64,000 nt of DNA from Gnetum montanum (taxonomy: Eukaryota; Plantae; Gnetophyta), in the NCBI GenBank assembly GCA_015680685.1, contig MNCI01003484.1:1052918-1116917 (forward strand), written 5' to 3'. This document shows, in pieces, positions 1 through 9,388 of the stretch; position 1 is the first letter of the stretch, and the number at the start of each line of letters is the position of its first letter. The position numbers were made by a program, and so were the translations under genes. The notes beneath the pieces were generated by a model. It worked only from the letters and a program-made list of their open reading frames with translations, ran no database searches and was not told where the DNA came from.

Positions 1-1367
1 AGAGTTCTTCTCGTTTCATTCCGTAGCCCATCCACGATGTGGTGAAGTTGATCCCGCTTAGCGTATCCATGGCCTGGGCAACGATGTAGCAGTGTATAAT
101 AACGGGCCATGGCAGCATCCAAGGGTTCATAAGCACCTTGTTTCCAGCCTTGGATCTGCTTCCGCAAATTGGACACTCTGGAGTACGTTTGATATTTGTT
201 GTTGAACAATTCAAGCATCGTACTCCACCTCCTGATGGTTTTCGGTTCTAAGGACCAGTACCAGCTCTCTGCCTCTTTGATGAGTGTCCTTGGGAACAAC
301 TTGAGTTTCTGCCACTCATTATCTATGTTTTTCAAGGCACAGGCATCGTGAAATGCCTGTAAATGATGTTAAGGATTAGCGTTGTATCCCCCTTCAAAAC
401 GTGGGATATTATTTATGTCCAAACGCTTGATCCTACTATCCTTTAAATGCCTTGTGGGGATCCTAACTGCCTCTGTGATATCGAGCATGCTTCAGGTTGC
501 GAGTAGGGGTTCTTCATGATCATCTCTTTCATGACGTCTGTGATGTCTTCGTGGTGGCTCCCTACTCTCCCTACATCCTTGTCCTTGTCCTAACTCCTCT
601 CGACCTTCCTGTCGAGGCCTTTCATCCTTTTTACTTTTATCCTCCCCATTATGTTCATGGTGGCTAGGCCCGGATGTGGAAGGAGAGTGTGAATGGTGAG
701 ATAAAGGGGAAGAGGAAGGGGATCCATCACCATGGCGATGTTTCTTACCTTCTCTTCGGCTGCTTCGGCCCTGATCGTTGTAACGATCCAAGTGTCTGTC
801 CTTAGTGTAAGTGGTTGTTCCTTCCGTGAACAGTTGGTGCTCACGGGGATTAGAGCCTGTAGCATGTACAGTCGATCGAAGGCCCTGATGCCTTACCTCT
901 TCACCAGAGTGAGAAGGAGGAACATCATTTTCTAAGAAACCCATTGTGGGGGGTTCCTCGTCTCCTATTTCACTAATGACATGGGGGACCTTGCCCTTCA
1001 ACAATGAATGTTGGCTCTCCTTCCTTTCGTCCCGAATACGTTGGGCATGTGTGGGATGATAATCCCTTGTGTCATGGTCATCCAAAACGTATTCTGCAAA
1101 TAGTTCTTGCATGCCGATCTGTGCTAAGGCAGGGAAAAGCATGTTAGGGGTTGCTCGATCTGGGGGTAACACAATGTTACCTTGCAGATCTCTCCATTGC
1201 AGCTGTTCATCTTGATGGAGAATAAAGGTAAAATCCAGCACATACTCATCGAGGTGAGTATATGTCACTTTAGATTGTTTAGGATATGGCTGGTCTCGGT
1301 TATGCGTATGATGCTTACTGTCTTCTGTGTTGCCCTTAGGTGAGTTAATTTCATGAGAAGAAGCCAT
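1..1367 (-). pseudogene. gag: Gag of element A (long N-terminal extension plus retrotransposon gag domain), two premature stops
   Basis: ORF 1367-492 reads past stops at ~492 and ~370 into IPRFEGGYNANP*HHLQAFHDAC..KLKLFPRTLIKEAESWYWSL..FNNKY, a typical retrotransposon gag core. Confidence 0.85.
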
Positions 1368-1490
1368 CCTTTACTGGTGTGCTATTTACCATTATTTATG
1401 TTCTTAATTAACTAATTAACCCGAAGGTTCGTTAAAGCTCACAACGATGTGAGTGATATCCCTTATGTTCAATTGACGTAAAAACACTTA

Positions 1491-1509
1491 GTCCCCAGCA
1501 ACGGCGCCA
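1491..1509 (-). promoter_or_regulatory. Primer-binding site of element A (Athila-type, probably tRNA-Asp)
   Basis: Minus strand TGGCGCCGTTGCTGGGGAC lies 1 nt from the LTR end ..CTCATCA. Confidence 0.85.
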
Positions 1510-1510
1510 A

Positions 1511-2506
1511 TGATGAGTGGCGAGGTACCCCTACACTAAACCATATGAATACGAGCGTGTACGCGCGATCCGGTCGAACTCCACAGACTAAATGCCTTAA
1601 CGCCACAAGAAACATTTGGGGTTAATCATTCATTGTCTTCCCAGACTTACTTGTTGTTGTCACGGTGTATGGTTAAGTAAGTCCAAGGTATATGATTTTT
1701 TTGGTATTTTCAAGTTTATCTCCTATGCTATGAGGGTGAAGGGTTGAGAAACTAACTAATTCTAACTACAACACTAAGTCCTAGCGTTAGCATCCGTTCC
1801 CACTTACTATACACACCCTGACTATGCAACTGTGGCTACCAAACGCTAATCGTTACTGGGATCACCACATGTAACGCACGTGCTCCAAGCGGTCGTACTG
1901 AGGCACTTAACTAACATATGTGTGATAAGTAGCCGATTCCTTGACTAGCCGTACACATCCGTAGATGCTCGTAATCAAGTCGTACTTGTCCCACGCTCTA
2001 GGAGGAAAGGGTTGAGAGATTCTATTCGCGATGAGTAGCCGATTCCTTGGCTAGCCGTACACATTCGTCAATGCTCGTAACCAAGCTGTACTCATGCCAC
2101 ATCACTAGGAAAGCAGTAAATAACATTAATTAAACCTATCCATGCACTGCAAGGTTTATCCACAAAGCTCGTCTTTATTGCCGTACACAACTTGCGTTCA
2201 GGTACAAAGTTGCTCGAATAAACAATCGTTCATTTGGGGGACTCCTACTACGGGCATATGGAAAATATTCTATCTCTGGGATGATCAATCCGCCAGAGCT
2301 TCGCAACTTAGCCTATCTGATGGAAATGAGGGGAGTGCCACCTATTATTTATAGATTTGGCAGCGGACCACGATATCGCATACAAGATATCGCAGGGAAC
2401 GACACGATATCACGTACGCGATATCGTAGGGGATGCGATATCGTGGCAAACGCGATATGGCGTATGCGTATGTGATATCGCAGCCTGTGCAATTCGCGTC
2501 TCATCA
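1511..2506 (-). repeat. 5' LTR of element A (~996 bp)
   Basis: 7-bp terminal inverted repeat TGATGAG/CTCATCA. The end GGGGTACCTCGCCACTCATCA matches the LTR ends at 16170 and 28509. Contains an internal ~105-bp duplication (about 1927-2110). Confidence 0.88.
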
Positions 2507-3520
2507 CTAGCGTTTTTCTTGATTTGACCCCAAAGACACACTTCTTTAGGTTTAGTCTAAGCTCATATCTTAGACAACATTTAAGTACCAAGTCTAAGTC
2601 TTGTATGTGCTGCTCTTGTGTCTTTGATTTAACCGTTATATCGTCTACATAATCGTTGAGTGAGTGAAGGATATAATCACTAAAGATGAAGGTCATTGCT
2701 TGTTGATACGTAGCACCAGCATTCTTTAAACCAAAGGGCATCATCGTATAACAAAATGTCCCCCATGGTGTCATGAAGGTTGTCCCAAGTTGATGTTCAG
2801 GGTTAATCTGGATCTGATTATATCCTAAAAAGCCATCCATAAAAGATAACAGTGCATGCCCAGCAGTTGAGTCAACCAATTGATCAATACTAGGTAGAGG
2901 AAAGTCATCTTTTATGGTCACTAAGTTGAGGTCCCAGAAGTCGATACATAGGCGAATGCTCCCGTTCTTCTTTGGGACAATGACCACGTTGGATACCCAG
3001 TTAGCGTAGTCAACAGCCCGAATGAAACCAGCTTGATAAAGTTTGGTGATCTCATTACGAACTGCCAATGCTACCTCAGGCTTAACCTTACGTGCTTTTT
3101 GTTTCACTGGTCTTAACTTCAGGTCAAGTATGATGTTGTGCTGGACTATTCGAGGGTCTAGCCCAGGCATGTTAGTGTAAGACCAAGCGAATGTCTTGAT
3201 GTTGCTTTTTAGCACTTGTGCTATGTCATCGGAAAGCTGCGGATCTAGTAAAGTGCTTAGTTTTAGTATATTAACTTCACCATTTGGCATAGTGATGGGA
3301 GTTTCAATTAATGGATCCTCAGTGAGGTTATCGTCTTCAATATCCAATGATTTCATCATGCTTTGAAAGCGTTCTATCATTTCCTTTGTTGATGCCATGG
3401 AGTTTTCATAAGTCAATGTGCCTAAATCAATGGACTTTCTAATCATCTCTTGTTGGATGGGTCTGTGTGGTCCATTGATGAACAATGGTGCAAGTAGTTG
3501 CTTGCTATCCATGCTTGCTC
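2507..3520 (-). pseudogene. pol: Reverse transcriptase exon of B1, broken by insertion of A
   Basis: ORF 3527-2349 carries RT motifs up to KKCVFGVKSRKTL, then runs into the LTR of A. A polypyrimidine tract and TAG acceptor lie at 3522-3521. Confidence 0.9.
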
Positions 3521-4069
3521 CTACCAAGCCACAGGAAGCAAAGTTAACAAAGAGGAGGTTTGCTTATTGTTTTATGACACCAATTCAAATATTTAAATAT
3601 GCTCGAAGTATGCTAAAGTTGGTTTATCGTCTCACTTGGATGCACGACAGTTTAAGGCTGTACCTGGCCAATTGCGGCAGCTTAGGGCCTTACCGGGCCA
3701 TACCTATTCCTTTATGATTTCTAGTTGATTATACAATTTATAATCCTTATTGGGTGTGAGACTACAAGACGAGGAGTATGCGCCAAGGTGTTTAGTTTAG
3801 ACAACAGGAATCACCGTGAGAGGGAAGGTCTTATGTGGGTAATGTTTAGTCTAATGCATATCCATATACCCTTTTTCTCTATTCTTGGTCTTTTTATATT
3901 TATATGTTTTTTAGCTAACGTTGTGTTCATTTTAATTTTAATCTAGAATAAAATACCCAAAGTGCCAATTTTCTATGGGGGTGAGTGGGCGTGAACAACG
4001 AGGGTGTGAAGATAAAATTAACTTAAAATTGGATAAGTTACTTTTGTCGCTGAAGTAGGCGTAAACCCA

Positions 4070-4920
4070 AAGTCTAGCGTGAACCTAAGTTTCAACATGA
4101 ACTTAAGCTTCAGCATGAACCAGTGGGAGATTCAGCGTGACGAGGAGGCAAGGATTTGGTCGTAGGGGGCAGGGAAAGGCTCAGATCCAATGCGAAGGAG
4201 ACGACAAAGGTGGCGTAGATCATGGCATGAAGCGTCAAGTGAAAACGTTCAGCATGCACGCCCTGGAGAAACCCTCGGCGCACAGGGATTTGAAACCCCA
4301 ACGTAAAGGCAGCGTGGAGGTTTCAACGTGAAGCCTCGATGTGCAGGGGCAAATCCCAGCATGAAGACAGCATGGAGATTTCAGCGTGAAGCCTCGGCGT
4401 GCAGGGGCAAATCCTAGTGTGAATGCCAGATAGAAACTTCAGCATGAATGCCAAACGGAAACCCTAGCGTGAATGCCCTTGCTCCAGCGTAAAGGTCTTG
4501 AACACAGTGCGACAGGATGGGCAAGGGAAAACGGGTGAGAGACTAGGGAAGGAAGGAACCTGACTTGACCTTTGCTGAGGAGAGTGAAGCGATGCTCCGG
4601 TGCCTACCCAAACCCATGATCCCATCATGGTCTGGATCAATGTGTCGGTAGACCCTGGTTCTCTATCTAAATTTGTATTTTTGTTTGCTGTTTTCGTAAA
4701 TTTTTGTTTAATTTTTTCTTATTTCAGCGCATAGAATTTATGCGAGGCCTAGCCTATTTCTTTGGCATAGATATTAGTGTGCAGGCCTGCATCAACCCTT
4801 GTCTCCCTTGTTCGGCGTATAGCCAGTTTTATGTCTAGCGTGCAATTTAGTGACATGCTCAGCGTGCAGGGAGGGCCAAAATGCTTAGCGTGCAGGGTTT
4901 GCACGTTGAGCATGAACCCT
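4070..4920. repeat. AGCGTG(A/C)A motif array around the start of the B1 antisense gene
   Basis: Many AGCGTG copies and deaminated variants (AGCATG, AGTGTG, AACGTG), including ~58-bp tandem units at 4310-4430. Confidence 0.7.
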
Positions 4921-7900
4921 AGAAACTTTTCCAAGTGTTGGCCCCAGTGTAAAACCTATTTTTTTGTGTAGATTATTGATCTTGGTTCTTGAATATGTGC
5001 AGAGGTCTTAAACCTTTCCTCTTAGTGGTGGAGCTTGTTGGAGTTCTAACATGGTTCAGGACTATTGACTCTGATGGGCCGGTACCTGATATGACCATCG
5101 ATCGAGATGGGGTATGGTTCAGGATGGGTGCCAGTGAGTTCCTTGCCTTCATCTTGCAAGGATTCAGTGTGATAATATGGTCTCACCTAAGTGAACAATT
5201 AGCACGGAAGTGTCCTTGAGACTATATTACCGAGATCCTCAAATGATGTAGTGGCCTTCGTGGTCGATATCGATGAGGGATTGTTTATGGTTGGGGATGG
5301 TCCCTCTGGAGGTCCCAGATCCACCCATCCATTGACACATGTATGGGACTTATTATCATGTAGTCCTCACAACGTCAATAGCACCTTATTCCTAGCCTCT
5401 CGTGCACACACTTTGTTCCAAAATCCTCCTGGAACAGTGTACAGGGTAGAAAGGTAAGGTTGTTTAATTCATCGTTTCTGCTTTGATGCTAAGTGGTTGT
5501 TCATATTTTGATCGTCATTTCTTTGCAAGCCTCATAGGTGATGATGGACTCGTATTGGCTCATACCGCCTTGGAGGCTTTCATGGTAGGTCCCACTCTCC
5601 AGGGTGCTGTGTTAGCCCAAACCAAGGGTGAAATTGTTCATTTTCACAAGCGGTATTCCAAGGCTTTTTCACGATGTGAGGCTCAGGGGTGGCTACATGG
5701 GGATTGGTCCCGTAATGGGCCAGTTTTCCCATGCGATGCTGATTCGGCTTTTGATGGTCTTAATCCATTAGCCAATGGTAAGTAATGGTGTTTTTGATGC
5801 CTCACATTTTTTTGTTTTGCTACCTCATTGATTGTATTGATTCTATGGTTTTACCTTGCGCATACAGTGGATGTCACCCCTAGTGGAGTCACCATAACAA
5901 CTGGCCGGACTGAGGGCACTTTGGCCATGAAATTTGGGGAGATCGATAGTGCATAATGGTGGTTGTGTGATAAGGCACCACCGCATATTATCAGTTGTTT
6001 GAGTGATGCTGGCCTCATGGAGTTGTTTACTGCTCTAAGTCCTAACATCTTCGTGACCGAGATGATTGCGATCATTGATTCTTTCAATGAAGCTGTTACT
6101 TACTATAGCACTCGTGTCAAGGGAATTAAAGTAGCTTTCCATCTGTCAACAGAGTTCTTTTCAGACCTCTTTGGTGTACTGGCAAATGGAGCTAGAGTGA
6201 CTTTATATAGTGCACAAAAAGAAGTCCATGTTGTTCGTGAGCTGGAGGACTGGCTGGGTATACTTAAGGGTGCTAAGGGATTCCCCATGCAAGGAAGATC
6301 GAAAGTAACTTAAGTAAATGAGCTATATCCGCTGTTCAGAGCACGAGTGTTTCTTAAATCCCTATCCCAAGTAAAAAATTTTGGGGTAGAATCTATGCGT
6401 ATCATGCGCATGATTCTAGAGACTAGGGTGCGTTATAATTGGGCTCAGTTTTTACTTTTAGGTTTCCATGGAGAGGTAGTGAGATTGCGTTCGAACGTTC
6501 AGGCATAGTCCCATTTTACCTTTGCATTTTTCACTGGTTACCTGCGCTGACTAGCTAAATTTTTAGTAGTTTGTGTGGGTAATGAGTACGTGTTAAGGGA
6601 TCGTGGCCAACTATCTCACCCGTGGATTCGCCACTTGTTTGAAGTGACTAAATCTCAAGATGCTCCCGAAGGGATTGATGAATCGGTCTCTGTTACAACG
6701 GGGGGATCATCTGGTCATTCGATCCACACGCGTGGCAACGTAGGGTTGGAGCTAGCTGGTGTGCCCTATACTACTAGGAGAATGGCTCAAGTAATCAAGG
6801 AGACAATCAGAAAGGCAAAATCTAAAGTTCAAAGACCCAAGCACTCCAGAGAGGTTGCTCCAGCTGTAGATGAACCAAAGGTGAAACACATACAGTTTAA
6901 AGTATATGTACATGGTAAGTGAGCCTAATTCATTTCTTCATTTATCCTTGTTTCGTTATTATTATTATTATTATTATTTTGTTTTTGGGCATTTATGTCA
7001 AATTGATGTTGATCCTATGAATGTCATCAGAGCCAACTCCTGAAGTAAGAAGAGAGGGGTTAGCACTGATCATAGAGGAGGAAGAGGTCCCCACCAACCA
7101 AGGTGAGGAAAGCAGAGCAGGTAATGATGAGGTGGAAGTCCCTGTTCCTCTAAGGAAGAAACGAAAGAATGAGCAGAAGACACCATAGAAAAAGATCACA
7201 GTGATCAGGATGAACCTGACGAGATGTTTGATGATTTCTTCGAAGGAAGGTTAAACCTTGGCAATCCTTCGAGTTTGGAAGAAGAAAGGGATTTCGGTAT
7301 GTTTTTCTTATTATGCTTATTTCATTTTTGTACTGTTTTATTTCCATTATTTAGAGTTTTGATTTTATGTTTTTGCTGCTACAAGGCGCAGATGTTGGAA
7401 CCAGAACGACTCCTAACGTTCATTCGGAAATACCTACGATGAAGACTCCAATGGAAACAACCACCGAAGTTGGTCCATCTTCTACATATGAACCATTTAC
7501 TTGGATCAAAATGCCAAGTAAAATGGATTTTTTCCTTGGTATCATTGATGAGGTAGTTGATCGCATCCAACAAGCGCATCCTGAAATAGGTAGATATGCT
7601 TTAAGCATTTTGACTCTTTCTGTTTTCACATCTATTTCCGCTGTCCCATGTCTAATGTATATTCTCCTTATATTGATAGGCGCTAAACTGAAGTGGGACC
7701 CATCTAAGGCCACCCGTATTGATAGTCTGCCTACACTACCATCAGAAATTGAGCAAGTGCCAGGACTGATTAATGATGAGGTGGCAGAATGTGTGGTGCA
7801 AAATGCCAAGTCTCTTTAGACCTGCAGGTGTTCTATCGAAAAGCTATGGTTGTGGATTCAGGCAAGGGAGAAAGAGATTGCCAAACTATTAGCAGAACGA

Positions 7901-8656
7901 GATGAATTTAAGTCACCCTATGAGTTTGCCTCTGCTAGGTTGACAGGTGATCGTTCTTGGAGAACCTCTGAGGTTACTTATACCAGATATTGGAATCTAT
8001 TGAATCGCCAAGTAACTATGACTCGGGAGCTAGCAGAGCGAAAGGCATAGATTGATTTGTTGAATCTCAAGTATCAGGATTAGAAAGCTTTCACTTCTAA
8101 GGTGCAAAAATGGGGCCAAAATGAAAAGAATCATAAGCACCATTAAAAAAATCATTAAAGGAGATATCCATAGAGAAGCGTCAACTGGATATGTTCATAG
8201 AGGGTTTAGGCTTATAGTCTTCGTTTGATGCCTTTGCTAGGCACACTGTGGTAGAGATGGAATCTCCTAAGAGAGTAATCACTACAGCTTCTGGGGAGAT
8301 TTTTGTAGGCGAGTTTCCTCTTAAACATCCTACCTGGTCTACTGTGGACAAAGGGAAGGCATTAGCAAATATTGATCTCGGCCTTGATGGAACAAACTGG
8401 GCAAGTATCCCTGAAGAAGAAATCCTTCGTTGGCTAGAGTTTGGTCTGAGAGGATCCTCTTCAGTAAGTTGTTTAACTTGTAACGTTTTATTTTTTTTTA
8501 GCAAAAAATGTTACCTTTTTCTTTTAGTTAAATTTTTTTTTTTTTTATTATTATTAGAGTCATGGCGATGACAGCGATGAAGGTGGCCCCAGTGGAGGGG
8601 AAACTCATGAGGTAAAAGAGTTTAAGGGGAAAGCCCCTCCTGGTCCTGATGTTTAG
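4517..8656 (+). pseudogene. Antisense 8-exon accessory gene of B1 (FCP1/NIF-like degenerate HAD domain, plant-transposon accessory domain, coiled coil)
   Basis: Predicted exons 4517-4647, 5003-5453, 5530-5777, 5868-6914, 7031-7296, 7386-7589, 7680-8463 and 8558-8656, with GT-AG T-rich introns and compatible phases. Scattered stops and a frameshift at ~5210. Homologue at 53531-58751. Confidence 0.75.
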
Positions 8657-9066
8657 TTTTTAAACTGGGCATTGTCATTAGTTATGTTTCTGTGGGTTGT
8701 AAACAGAATTTTTTTGTTTTGAGTTGTGTATGAATAGATGCGTAAACTTGGTTAACTCTTGTAATCGTCCATTTATGTATTTATACAATTTTTTTCTCTT
8801 TTCATATTCCAGTTTTTGTTTTTGTTTTGTTGTTTCGTTTTTAGAGTTGTCTGAATGTTGAGAAGAAATAATGCAAGGACATGGGGCGAAAGTCTTTTGG
8901 TTGTTTTGTAGTTTAAGTGTAAACATGAAATAAAGTGCAAATGTAACCCAAATGATTACTGTGCCAAGGAAAACATAAAGGAAAGCGTAACTTGTATTGC
9001 AAAGATGTAATCATAGAATGTAAACTGGGAATTTAAATTTTTGAGGCAAACGAAAGTAAACTTGCT

Positions 9067-9388
9067 CTAGTTTAAGGCCATTTCGGGCCATACGTGCGTG
9101 TGTGTCAATTTAAAGTCATGACGAACTGCAACATGATCGTTCTAGTTTAAAGCCATTTCGGGCTACCAATAAATAGGAGGGATATCAATTGATACAATAG
9201 GTTTTGATGTAAACCGGACATTTCTGACCGTGGCTAGTTTTATGTCATTGCGGACACGTGATAGTTTAATGTCATTCCGGACTTGCATAGTTTAGTGTCA
9301 TTTCAGAAGAGTGGTAGTTTAACGTCATTTTGGACGATCGTAGTTTAACGTCATTTTGGACGATCGTAGTTTAACGTCATTGCAGACT
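9067..9388 (-). repeat. Tandem array of ~26-bp hairpin units (TAGTTTAA + 4-bp stem + 6-nt loop)
   Basis: About 8 units, for example TAGTTTAAGGCCATTTCGGGCC and TAGTTTAACGTCATTTTGGACG. Confidence 0.85.

Larger units (their letters stand above)
1..2506 (-). mobile_element. Athila-like Ty3/gypsy LTR retrotransposon, copy A (5' LTR, PBS and gag; continues left of the window)
   Basis: LTR 1511-2506 with TGATGAG..CTCATCA termini, adjacent PBS TGGCGCCGTTGCTGGGGAC, and a gag homologous to that of copy C. It interrupts the RT of element B1. Confidence 0.9.

Noticed and set aside
2349-2506. C-terminal 52 codons of the 392-aa RT ORF as a novel RT extension
   Set aside because: This is read-through into the LTR of element A.
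4517-8656. Host gene captured once, or an independent DNA transposon
   Set aside because: It is present at the same position and orientation in two diverged copies, and I found no TIR or TSD.
9067-9388. CRISPR-like array
   Set aside because: Units are ~26 bp with no unique 30-40 nt spacers, there are no cas genes, and the context is a eukaryotic retrotransposon.
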